The position numbers and the translations under genes were made by a program. This document shows positions 27,413-35,998 of a stretch of DNA of 37,237 nucleotides, in pieces. This DNA is from Brevundimonas sp. (GTDB taxonomy: Bacteria > Pseudomonadota > Alphaproteobacteria > Caulobacterales > Caulobacteraceae): the NCBI GenBank assembly GCA_035654315.1, contig DASRXE010000040.1:1-37237 (forward strand), written 5' to 3'. Under the pieces are notes generated by a model that saw only the letters and a program-made list of their open reading frames with translations, was not told where the DNA came from and did not search any database. The stretch's first letter is position 1. Each line of letters starts with the position of its first letter.

Positions 27413-27475
27413 CACAGTCCCGGCATTTTCTGCCCAGTACGGCCCCTCGGGGCAGGCGTAACCCCGGGGCGTGGT

Positions 27476-27739
27476 ATGAACGGTGCGGAAGTTCTGGATG
27501 TGGGCCGCGACGCCCTCTGGCTGACCATCCAGTTGTGCGCGCCCGTCCTGATCGTGGGTCTGGTCGTCGGCGTGGTCATCGGCCTGTTCCAGGCCCTGAC
27601 GCAGATTCAGGAGCAGACCCTGATCTATGCGCCCAAGATCATCGCCATCTTCGTCTCCCTGCTTCTGTTCCTGCCGCTGATGGGCACCCTGCTGGGCGGC
27701 TTCATGCGGACCATCGCCGTGCGCATCGCCGGCATGTAG
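27476..27739 (+). CDS. fliQ: Flagellar export protein FliQ
   Basis: FQALTQIQEQTLIYAPKI. Confidence 0.97.
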   Translation: MNGAEVLDVGRDALWLTIQLCAPVLIVGLVVGVVIGLFQALTQIQEQTLIYAPKIIAIFVSLLLFLPLMGTLLGGFMRTIAVRIAGM

Positions 27740-27743
27740 GCGG

Positions 27744-28517
27744 GTGGAGCCCTACGCCACAGCCGACCAGGTCTGGCAGGGGGCCATGATCTTCGCCCGC
27801 ATCGGCGCGGTCCTGCTGATGCTGCCGGGCGTGGGCGAGAGCTATGTGCCGCCGCGTATCCGCCTGTCGCTGGCCCTGGTCGTGTCGTTGGTGCTGTGGC
27901 CCGTGGTGGCGGGCGCTCTCCCGGCCCTGCCGCAGACGCTGGGCGGCATGGCCGGATGGATCATCCGCGAAGTTCTCGTCGGCCTCGCCATCGGGGCGAT
28001 GCTGCGGATGTTCCTCCTCACCATCCTCTCCACGGCCGGCGAGGTGGTGGCGCTTCAGACCACCCTGGCCTTCGCCCAGACCGCCAATCCGACCCAGGCC
28101 TCGCCGGGCAGCACCATCTCGGCCTTTCTGATGATCCTCGGCACGACGCTGATCTTCGCCACCAACACCCATCACCTGTTCATCGCCGGTCTCGTCGGAT
28201 CGTATGAGCTGATCGCGCCCGTGCGGCCGCTGGTCACCGGGGATTTCGCCAGCATGGCCGTCCGCACCGTCGGCGACGCCTTCACCCTGGGCGTCCAGCT
28301 GTCGGCGCCGGTGCTTGTCTTCGCCATCATCTTCAACCTGGCGTCTGGCCTGGTCGGCCGGGTCATGCCCGCCTTCCAGGTCTATTTCGCCGCCGCCCCG
28401 CTCAGCATCATCCTCGGCCTGTCGATCTTCGCCCTCAGCCTCGGCGTGATGGGCACGGTCTTCGTCGACCGCTACCGCGATCTGGCCAGTGTTTTCGCGG
28501 GAGGCGCCGGTGGCTGA
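27744..28517 (+). CDS. fliR: Flagellar export protein FliR
   Basis: VPPRIR, HHLFI, GRVMPAFQVYF. Lies between fliQ and flhB. Confidence 0.95.
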   Translation: MEPYATADQVWQGAMIFARIGAVLLMLPGVGESYVPPRIRLSLALVVSLVLWPVVAGALPALPQTLGGMAGWIIREVLVGLAIGAMLRMFLLTILSTAGEVVALQTTLAFAQTANPTQASPGSTISAFLMILGTTLIFATNTHHLFIAGLVGSYELIAPVRPLVTGDFASMAVRTVGDAFTLGVQLSAPVLVFAIIFNLASGLVGRVMPAFQVYFAAAPLSIILGLSIFALSLGVMGTVFVDRYRDLASVFAGGAGG

Positions 28518-29580
28518 CGCGCCCGATCCCGAGTCGAAAACAGAAGAGGCTACCCCGCGAAAACTCGCGGACGCCCGCAAGAAAGGCGATGTCGCCAAAT
28601 CGCCCGACGTCGCCGCGGCCCTGTCGCTGACGGGGGCGGCCGCGGTGATCCTGATGTCCGGCGGCTGGTTCGCCACCTCCATCGCCGAGCAACTGGTCCC
28701 CTTCATCGCCTCGCCCCACGCCATGATGGGCGGCTTGGACGCCGGCGCCGGCGTGGAGATCGGCGTCCAGGCGGTCTGGGCCATCGCGCCCTTTCTCGGC
28801 GCCGTCATGCTGGCCACCATTCTCGGCGGCGCCGGCGGCAACCTGGCTCAGTCCGGCCTGATCTTCACCGGCGAGAAGATCAAGCCCGACTGGTCCAAGA
28901 TCAGTCCGCTCAAGGGCTTCAAGCGCATCTTCGGCCCGGACGGACTGGTCCAGTTCCTCAAGACCTTCCTCAAGCTCCTCGCCGTCGGCGTGATCTGCTG
29001 GCTGGTGCTCAAGCCGCACGTCCGCGACCTTGAGATGCTCGCCGCCATGCCGCCGGCCCTGATCCTGCCCTTCGCCCGCGACCTCGCCATCGCCCTGATG
29101 GTTTCGGCTCTGGTCTTCCTCGGCTTCACCGCCGGCGCTGACTACCTCTGGCAGCGCTTCCGCTTCGCCGAGCGGATGAAGATGTCCAGGGAGGAGTTGA
29201 AGGAGGACTACAAACAGTCCGAGGGCGATCCGCATGTGAAGGCGAAGCTGAAGCAGATCCGGAACCAGCGCAGCCGCCAGCGGATGATGCAGAACGTGCC
29301 CACGGCGACGGTCATCGTCACCAACCCGACCCACTATTCGGTGGCCCTGCGCTACGAGACCGGCGACGCCGCCCCGGTCTGCGTCGCCAAGGGCGTCGAC
29401 GCCCTGGCGCTGCGCATCCGCGAGGTGGCCCGCGAGCATTCGGTGCCGATCGTCGAGAACGTCCCCCTGGCCCGCGCCCTCTACGCCGCCGTCGACGTCG
29501 ACGAGACCATCCCCCGCGAGCATTTCGAGGCGGCCGCCAGGGTCATCGGCTTCGTCATGCAGCGGCGCAAGGGACGGTGA
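28510..29580 (+). CDS. flhB: Flagellar export protein FlhB
   Basis: KTEEATPRKL, EGDPHVK, NPTH autocleavage motif. Confidence 0.97.
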   Translation: MADAPDPESKTEEATPRKLADARKKGDVAKSPDVAAALSLTGAAAVILMSGGWFATSIAEQLVPFIASPHAMMGGLDAGAGVEIGVQAVWAIAPFLGAVMLATILGGAGGNLAQSGLIFTGEKIKPDWSKISPLKGFKRIFGPDGLVQFLKTFLKLLAVGVICWLVLKPHVRDLEMLAAMPPALILPFARDLAIALMVSALVFLGFTAGADYLWQRFRFAERMKMSREELKEDYKQSEGDPHVKAKLKQIRNQRSRQRMMQNVPTATVIVTNPTHYSVALRYETGDAAPVCVAKGVDALALRIREVAREHSVPIVENVPLARALYAAVDVDETIPREHFEAAARVIGFVMQRRKGR

Positions 29581-29583
29581 CGC

Positions 29584-29701
29584 CTGGAGCGAAATCGGTT
29601 GAGTTGGACGCAGTCCAACTCGGCTCAGATTTCGCTCCAGCATTGATTCTGGACCATTTTTTGGATTCAGGTCGATTCGACCTGAAGCAAAAATGGTCTA
29701 G
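29584..29701. repeat. CIR/RIME-like 118-bp double-hairpin intergenic repeat
   Basis: Two nested long inverted repeats, CTGGAGC... and ...GGTCTAG termini, and three GANTC sites including one central. Confidence 0.7.
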
Positions 29702-30603
29702 CAGGTGACTTCCATCGAGTTGACGAACCGAAGGGCGAGCTGCTGCTCCTCCAGACCGCTGTATTCGGCGAAGGCGCCGTAGACCACGCCCGGCCGGTTC
29801 AGACACACGAGGGCGTGGGAAACCGTGAAAACACCCGCCTCGCTCGAAACCACCTGTTCCAGCTGGTAGGCCGAACTGTTCACGATGGTGCGACGGCTGA
29901 CGACGGCGGCGCCGGACTCCTTGATCACGTGATCGATGGTGTGTCTCGCCCGCACGCCCGGCTCGGTGTTGTAGATCAGGATTTCCCCTCCCCATGCCCG
30001 GCCCGGCATGACTTCAAATTCGGCGCTGCGGCCGAACGCGATATTATCCGTTCCGGGGGCGGCGATATGCATCCGGCGGCCTTCGCGGGTGAGCGTGTGT
30101 AGCCGCCACGGCGCCAGGTGGCGGCCGGCGAAAGCCTGTAGCGTCCTGTTCAGCGCGGACCCATCGATCCGGGTCGGGTTGAGGCGCATGGGGCCGGATC
30201 CGCACTGGATGGCGTCGAAAAGGTTTTGACGGATCTCGTAGGTCAGCAACTGCTCGATCGGTTCGTCGATCCGGCGCTCGAAGTCGTCGCCGAATTTGGA
30301 CCCGTCCCAGCGCACCATGCCGGCCTGGCTGCCGCTGCTGCCGGCGCAATCCCTGGAGTATTTCCCGCCAAACCGGGCATAGCCCCAGATCGGATGGGCG
30401 AACCATATCTCGTGCGTGTATTCGTTCGACCCGCGCTCGGAGGGGGTCAGACGGCGATAGGCCACGGCGAGCGGCCCTACGGAGGTCCGCCACTGGAAGA
30501 CGTCATAGGTCGACGCCGACTGTGCTGCTGCCGGCGCGCTTCCGAAAATCCCGGCCGTCAGCGCCAGCAAGGCCGCGACCGCGACCGACAACAACCGATG
30601 CAT
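29698..30603 (-). CDS. Secreted hypothetical protein
   Basis: GGAG RBS, signal peptide ending AAA-Q. No recognisable family. Confidence 0.75.
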   Translation of the reverse strand: MHRLLSVAVAALLALTAGIFGSAPAAAQSASTYDVFQWRTSVGPLAVAYRRLTPSERGSNEYTHEIWFAHPIWGYARFGGKYSRDCAGSSGSQAGMVRWDGSKFGDDFERRIDEPIEQLLTYEIRQNLFDAIQCGSGPMRLNPTRIDGSALNRTLQAFAGRHLAPWRLHTLTREGRRMHIAAPGTDNIAFGRSAEFEVMPGRAWGGEILIYNTEPGVRARHTIDHVIKESGAAVVSRRTIVNSSAYQLEQVVSSEAGVFTVSHALVCLNRPGVVYGAFAEYSGLEEQQLALRFVNSMEVTC

Positions 30604-30684
30604 GATTGAAACTCCCCCCAACTCATCTCCCGGTAAACTGCCCGGCGGGTCGCGGAAGGGTCAAGTTTCCGATCCTGACGGCGC

Positions 30685-32373
30685 CTATGCCCCGCCCGCC
30701 ATCGGCAGCGGAATGATCTCCGCGCCGCCCTCCCGCGCTGTCCGCGCGGCCTGGGCCACCGGCAGGCGCACGGTCACCGCCGTGCCCTCGCCCAAGGTGC
30801 TCTCGATGGTCATCCGGCCGCCGTGCAGTTCGGCGAAGGCCCGCACCAGCGACAGGCCCAGCCCGGTGCCCTGCTGGCGCTGCTCCATCGCCCCCGCCTG
30901 TTCGAAGGGCCGGCCGAGCCGCCGGGCGTCCTCGGGCGCGATGCCGACGCCCGTGTCGGCGACCACGATCTCCAGATAGGGGCCGATCGTCTCCACCGTG
31001 ACCGTGACCGTGCCTTCGGCGGGCGTGAACTTCACGCCGTTGGACAGCAGATTCAGGGCGATCTGCTTGACGGCCCGCTTGTCGGCCGAGACATCGACCG
31101 GCTCGTCCGGCAGCACGCCGGTCAGGATCACGCCCTTCTCCTCGGCGGTGACCCGCACCAGGGCGATGGCGGCCGAGATCACCTCGCGGGCGTCGAAGCG
31201 CTCCACGGTCAGGACGTAGCGCTCCGCCTCGATCTTCGACACGTCGAGCACGTCGTTGATCAGCTCCAGCAGATGGCCGCCGGCCTCGTGGATGTTGTCG
31301 ACATAGGCGGCGTAGCGTTCCGGCATCGGCCCGAACAGCCGCTGGCGCATGATGTCCGAGAAGCCGAGGACGGCGTTCAGGGGCGTCCTCAGCTCATGGC
31401 TCATATTGGCCAGGAAACGGCTCTTGCCGGCCTCGCGGGCCTCGGCCTCGGCGCGCGCCGCTTCCAGTCCCAGCTCGCGCGCGTACTGGCTGGTGGCGTC
31501 GAAGGCCTGGGCCACCAGGCGCGGCGCGAACTGATCCGGCCCATCCAGCCGCCGCAGGTTCAGCTGCACCCGCCGGTCCAGCGCCAGCCTCGGCGCGAAG
31601 GTGACGGAGGCGTCCAGCCCCTGCGCGGCGCGCTCGATGGCGGCCAGCAGCCGCGGCCGGTCGGGGGCGTGCACCGCCGCGATGAGCCCCTGCTCGAACA
31701 GCGGATCGACCGGCAGGGCGGGCGGCGGCGCGCCATAGGCGGCCACGATCCGGCCCGAGCGTTCCAGCACCAGGGTCAGGCCCGGCTGCGCCGCCAGCAA
31801 CCATCCGATCTTGGCCGTCTCCGTTTCGGCCCGGCCCAGCCGCACCTCGTGCTGGACCCAGGACAGGCGCACGGCCACCGCCGCTGCGCCCGCGGTCAGC
31901 ACCGCCGATACTTCGGCCAGCCCCGGCAGGTTCGCGCCCGGACGGATCAGCCAGGCCGCCAACAGGCCGGTCAACGCCGCCGCGCAAACGCCCAGGGCGC
32001 CGGCCTGCACCGGCCGCACGCCGCCCAGCGCCAGTCCGGCCGCCAGCGGCAGGAAGACGAAGCCGGCCAGCGGCCCGGTCAGCCCGCCGGTCAGACCAGC
32101 CGCCACCATGGCCGCCAGACCCCAGAGGCCGACCAGGGTCATCCGTTCCCGCGGCCCGTCGCGGTGCAGCAGGCTGAGGCCGGTCAGGCCCGGCACGACC
32201 ATGGCCAGAATTCCGTAGAAGGTCGGCCCCTCGATGCCCCCCAGCCAGCGGCCGCCCAGCGCCAGCAGCGCCACGACCACGGCCCAGCCGGCGTGCCAGG
32301 CGGCGATCACCGGACGATCGCCGCCGCGGGCGGTCGGCGTGTCCCTGGCGGCGATGTCGTCGGGCGGGGTCAA
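30685..32373 (-). CDS. divJ: Membrane sensor histidine kinase DivJ
   Basis: Multi-TM N-terminus, FLANMSHELRTPLNAVLGFSDIM H-box of the PleC/DivJ type, HATPase domain. Neighbours sufE and DUF6456, the context known for divJ. Confidence 0.82.
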   Translation of the reverse strand: MTPPDDIAARDTPTARGGDRPVIAAWHAGWAVVVALLALGGRWLGGIEGPTFYGILAMVVPGLTGLSLLHRDGPRERMTLVGLWGLAAMVAAGLTGGLTGPLAGFVFLPLAAGLALGGVRPVQAGALGVCAAALTGLLAAWLIRPGANLPGLAEVSAVLTAGAAAVAVRLSWVQHEVRLGRAETETAKIGWLLAAQPGLTLVLERSGRIVAAYGAPPPALPVDPLFEQGLIAAVHAPDRPRLLAAIERAAQGLDASVTFAPRLALDRRVQLNLRRLDGPDQFAPRLVAQAFDATSQYARELGLEAARAEAEAREAGKSRFLANMSHELRTPLNAVLGFSDIMRQRLFGPMPERYAAYVDNIHEAGGHLLELINDVLDVSKIEAERYVLTVERFDAREVISAAIALVRVTAEEKGVILTGVLPDEPVDVSADKRAVKQIALNLLSNGVKFTPAEGTVTVTVETIGPYLEIVVADTGVGIAPEDARRLGRPFEQAGAMEQRQQGTGLGLSLVRAFAELHGGRMTIESTLGEGTAVTVRLPVAQAARTAREGGAEIIPLPMAGGA

Positions 32374-32531
32374 GGGCGGGGATCGGGGCCGTTATTTGGG
32401 GCGAACAGACGGATGGCCGGATAGTCTAGTCCCTGGGGCGAGTCGTCCAAAGCGCGCACGCGTCAGAGGGGAGCCTCGCGGGTCGGATGGGCGTGGTTGT
32501 CGTCAACGCCCGGGCGGCCTATCTGCTCCCG

Positions 32532-32967
32532 ATGCCCGACGCGCTTTCCACAGCCGCCTCCATTGACGACACCCTTGCCGAACTGGTCGAGGAATTCGAC
32601 CTCCTCGGCGACTGGGAAGGGCGCATCGAATACGTCATCGAACTGGGCCGGGATCTGGAGCCCTTGCCGGACGGAGATCGCGTCGACGCCAACAAGGTGC
32701 CGGGCTGCGCCGCCCAGGTCTGGCTGGCGGTGCGCCGCGAGAACGGCCGGCTGCGTTTCCTTGCGGACAGCGACAGCGCCCTTTCCAAGGGCAACATCGC
32801 CCTGCTGCTGCGGCTCTACTCAAATCGCACGCCGGCCGAGATCCTCGCCTTCGACGCCCGCGCCGCCCTCGACCGGCTGGGCCTGCCCTCGGCCCTGACG
32901 CGCCAGCGCGCCAACGGGCTCAACGCCATGGTCGGCCGTATCCGCGAGGCCGCCCTGGCGACGGCGA

Positions 32968-32975
<8 letters not shown>
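32532..32975 (+). CDS. sufE: Cysteine desulfuration protein SufE
   Basis: DWEGRIEYVIELG, VPGCAAQVW, ADSDS, LTRQRANGL. Confidence 0.93.
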
Positions 32976-33101
<126 letters not shown>

Positions 33102-33103
33102 CC

Positions 33104-33811
33104 TCACCCGATCCGGTAGTGCGCCGCCAGCGCCTGCAGGCCCGCCTTCAGCACCGCCTTGCCCGCGCGACGGCGCAGGCCCAGTCCCTGTTCTGCCGCC
33201 TGCAAGGCGCTGGCCTCGATGCAGACCGCCTCGACCATCCGCCGCGCGGGACCGCACGCCGACAGGGCCGCCTCGACCCGCCGCGCCGCCGCCAGGGCCC
33301 GGTCGCCTGGCTCAATCCGCGCCGCGGAGCCGCCGCCCGCGCGGGGCAGGGCGTCCCAGCGCATGGTCAGCGACGGCCCGGCCAGGGCGATCTCCGCGTC
33401 GGCCGCCAGCCGTTCGGCGGCGGCCCGCTCGGCCCGCTCGATCCACGGCCGGCCCTGGGCGTCGCGCCGCCCGGACAGCCAGGCGATCGGCGAGGGAGCC
33501 AGGTTGGCGCGATGCGACTGCACCCGTCCGCTGCGGTCCATCACCGCCCGGACGCCCTCGACCACGCCCGGCCGCCCCGCCGCGGCCGTCTCGGCCTGTG
33601 CATCGGCGGCGGGTCGCGCGGTCCAGCCCCCGCCGGCCCGCGCCCTCAAACCCGGTTCGGCGACCAGACGCCGGAAAGCCGGCTCGTCGAGGGTCATCAG
33701 CACGCGCGAGCGCCGGTCCGCTCCCACGCGCAGGGCGTAGCCGCCCTCCACCGTCGGCTCGATCCAGCCGCCCGGCCGCGCCAGCAGCCGCCGGGCCCGC
33801 GCGCCGCTCAT
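33104..33811 (-). CDS. gafZ: DUF6456 domain protein, GafZ-like GTA activator
   Basis: SPIAWLSGRRDAQGRPWI...AAAERLAAD, LTMRWD, C-terminal sigma4-like HTH (AEQGLG...GKAVLK...LAAHY). ATGA-coupled to the upstream gene. Confidence 0.75.
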   Translation of the reverse strand: MSGARARRLLARPGGWIEPTVEGGYALRVGADRRSRVLMTLDEPAFRRLVAEPGLRARAGGGWTARPAADAQAETAAAGRPGVVEGVRAVMDRSGRVQSHRANLAPSPIAWLSGRRDAQGRPWIERAERAAAERLAADAEIALAGPSLTMRWDALPRAGGGSAARIEPGDRALAAARRVEAALSACGPARRMVEAVCIEASALQAAEQGLGLRRRAGKAVLKAGLQALAAHYRIG

Positions 33812-34164
33812 GCCGTCAGCTCGCACGTCGGCGCCTCCAGCACGTCCCTCACGCAGCGTTCCAGCCGGTCCAGCAGATCATCCATCGCCGCCCGGTCCCG
33901 CCCGTCCTCGGCCCAGCGGCACGCCGCCGCCGCCGTCGCCCGGTTCAGCCCGAAGGCGTGCCCGACCCGGTCCATGGGCCAGCCGAACGTCACATAGGCC
34001 AGATACATGGCCAGCCAGCGCGCCCGGCAGGCCTTGCCCTCCAGTCGCTGGCGGCTCTCCAGCCGCTCCTTCGGCACGCCCGTCGAGGCGGCCACCAGCT
34101 GCAGCGCCAGCCCCGCCTTGATCCTGTCCTCCTGCCGCACCGGCACCCGATACGCTTCGTCCAC
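33808..34164 (-). CDS. gafY: DnaA C-terminal-like HTH protein, GafY-like
   Basis: RARWLAMYLAY...VGHAFGLNRATAAAACRWAEDGRD resembles the DnaA domain IV HTH. GTG 34164 has a GGGAG RBS; ATG 34203 is an alternative start. Confidence 0.75.
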   Translation of the reverse strand: MDEAYRVPVRQEDRIKAGLALQLVAASTGVPKERLESRQRLEGKACRARWLAMYLAYVTFGWPMDRVGHAFGLNRATAAAACRWAEDGRDRAAMDDLLDRLERCVRDVLEAPTCELTA

Positions 34165-34266
34165 CTGATCTCTCCCGTCGTCCGGACTCCGCGAAGGCGT
34201 CATCCACGATAGGAATATATGTCTACTACCCGTCGAAATCGGACGTATCGCCGGGGCCGGAGCGGC

Positions 34267-34382
34267 GATTCGTTAAAAATCACGATCTCTTGACTCGGGA
34301 CTCTCGACGACGATTCGCAAATCAGCCTACGATTCGCTATCGAGCGGCCGTTAACCTTTCTTAAGTTTTTCGCTGGTTAACG
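34267..34382. promoter_or_regulatory. ctrA / gafY shared control region with GANTC (CcrM) sites and CtrA half-sites
   Basis: GANTC at 34267, 34292, 34299, 34312 and 34331. GTTAA-N6-TTAA at 34350-34364 and GGTTAAC at 34375-34381. Confidence 0.7.
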
Positions 34383-34448
34383 TTCGAACAAGGTTACCGG
34401 AAACGGAGCCGTTACATTTATAGTCAAGCTTTGCCTGGAGGGGCATCA

Positions 34449-35156
34449 ATGCGCGTCCTGCTAATCGAAGATGATCATGCGACCGCGCAGAGCATCGAAC
34501 TTATGCTCAAGTCGGAAGGCTTCAATGTCTACACGACGGACCTCGGCGAGGAAGGCATCGATCTCGGCAAGATCTACGATTACGACCTGATCCTGCTCGA
34601 CCTGAACCTGCCCGACATGAACGGCCTTGAGGTCCTGCGCCAGCTGCGCGTCGGCAAGGTCAACACCCCGGTCATGATCCTCTCCGGCACCTCGGAGATC
34701 GAGACCAAGGTCAAGACCTTCGGCGGCGGCGCCGACGACTACATGACCAAGCCTTTCCACAAGGACGAGCTGATCGCGCGCACCCACGCCGTGGTCCGCC
34801 GCTCCAAGGGCCACGCCCAGGCGATCATCCACACCGGCGAGATCGCCGTGAACCTGGACGGCAAGACGGTCGAGGTGAACGGTCACCGCGTCCACCTGAC
34901 GGGCAAGGAATACCAGATGCTGGAGCTGCTCTCGCTCCGCAAGGGCACCACCCTGACCAAGGAAATGTTCCTCAACCACCTGTACGGCGGCATGGACGAG
35001 CCCGAGCTGAAGATCATCGACGTCTTCATCTGCAAGCTGCGCAAGAAGCTGGCCACGGCCGCCGGCGGCAAACACTACATCGAGACCGTCTGGGGCCGCG
35101 GCTACGTCCTGCGCGACCCGTCGGAATCCTCGGCGCCGGTCACCGTCGCCGCCTAG
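34449..35156 (+). CDS. ctrA: Cell-cycle master response regulator CtrA
   Basis: [61 protein letters not shown]-terminal AA. Confidence 0.99.
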   Translation: MRVLLIEDDHATAQSIELMLKSEGFNVYTTDLGEEGIDLGKIYDYDLILLDLNLPDMNGLEVLRQLRVGKVNTPVMILSGTSEIETKVKTFGGGADDYMTKPFHKDELIARTHAVVRRSKGHAQAIIHTGEIAVNLDGKTVEVNGHRVHLTGKEYQMLELLSLRKGTTLTKEMFLNHLYGGMDEPELKIIDVFICKLRKKLATAAGGKHYIETVWGRGYVLRDPSESSAPVTVAA

Positions 35157-35180
35157 GTCGGCCGACCCCTGAACACGACG

Positions 35181-35211
35181 ACGCCCGCCGGATCGCTCCG
35201 GCGGGCGTTTT
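35181..35211. terminator. Intrinsic terminator of ctrA, probably also serving the convergent microprotein gene
   Basis: 12-bp stem ACGCCCGCCGGA/TCCGGCGGGCGT, TCGC loop, then a T-run. Confidence 0.85.
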
Positions 35212-35229
35212 CGTGGCCGCTTTCCGACG

Positions 35230-35328
35230 TCATCCCGCCATCAGGGCGCTGATAACGATCGCCAGCGGCAATCCGAGGAACAGGATGGCCGCGAACACGG
35301 TGTTTTCGAGATAATCCTTCTTCGTCAT
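35230..35328 (-). CDS. 32-aa single-TM microprotein (not in the ORF track)
   Basis: GGAGG RBS 5 nt before ATG. MTKKDYLENTVFAAILFLGLPLAIVISALMAG*. Confidence 0.65.
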   Translation of the reverse strand: MTKKDYLENTVFAAILFLGLPLAIVISALMAG

Positions 35329-35449
35329 GGTCGCCTCCGTTGTCCGGCCGCAACCTCTGCGGCGTTGACGGGAAGGCTAGGCCAGGACGCAGCGCCGGTG
35401 TGACGGAAGACCTCTGTGGAATCCGCAGTTCATGCGGCAGGATGCCCCC

Positions 35450-35929
35450 ATGGCCGCATTAGCGAAACTCGACCGGATCGACCGCCGCATTCTGGCGAAG
35501 CTTCAGGCCGACGGCCGGATCACCAACCAGGCGCTCGCCGAGCAGGTCGCGCTTTCGCCGAGCGCCTGTCTGGCGCGGATACGCAGGCTGGAGAAGGCCG
35601 GCGTCATCGAAGGCTATGGCGCCCGTCTCAACCCGTGGAGCATGGAGGCGAGCCTCATCCTCTACGCCGAGATTTCGCTCAAGGGACACCACCCTGACGA
35701 CCTCGCCCGCTTCGAGAGAGGCATCGCGGACATCCCCGAGATCGTCGAGGCCTCCTACGTCAGCGGCCCCTTCGACTATCTGATCAAGGTCGTCGTCCCC
35801 GACATGGCTTCGTGGATCGCCCTGTCCGAAGGCGTGATCGTGCGCGATCTAGGCGTCGACAAGGTCATCACCCACGTCCTCATGAAGAAGACCAAACGCT
35901 TCACCGGCTATCCCATACCCGAGGCCTAG
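35450..35929 (+). CDS. Lrp/AsnC family transcriptional regulator
   Basis: LDRIDRRILAKLQADGRITNQALAEQVALSPSACLARIRRLE, SGPFDYLIKV. Confidence 0.95.
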   Translation: MAALAKLDRIDRRILAKLQADGRITNQALAEQVALSPSACLARIRRLEKAGVIEGYGARLNPWSMEASLILYAEISLKGHHPDDLARFERGIADIPEIVEASYVSGPFDYLIKVVVPDMASWIALSEGVIVRDLGVDKVITHVLMKKTKRFTGYPIPEA

Positions 35930-35951
35930 CAACGGGTCCTCAGACACGCCA

Positions 35952-35979
35952 ACGCCCGCCGGATCGCTCCGGCGGGCGT
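35952..35979. terminator. Hairpin between the convergent lrp and DEAD-box genes, identical to 35181-35208
   Basis: ACGCCCGCCGGATCGCTCCGGCGGGCGT. Weak T-tract. Confidence 0.65.
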
Positions 35980-35998
35980 CATGCTGAAGAGCGAGGAC

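Noticed and set aside
33808-34203. True dnaA or a replication origin
   Set aside because: Only a domain IV-like HTH of about 120 aa with no AAA+ domain. The neighbouring AT-rich DNA is explained by the ctrA promoter.
35153-35353. 66-aa minus-strand ORF in the track
   Set aside because: It has no RBS and runs through the terminator. The overlapping 32-aa frame has a strong RBS and a clear TM helix.
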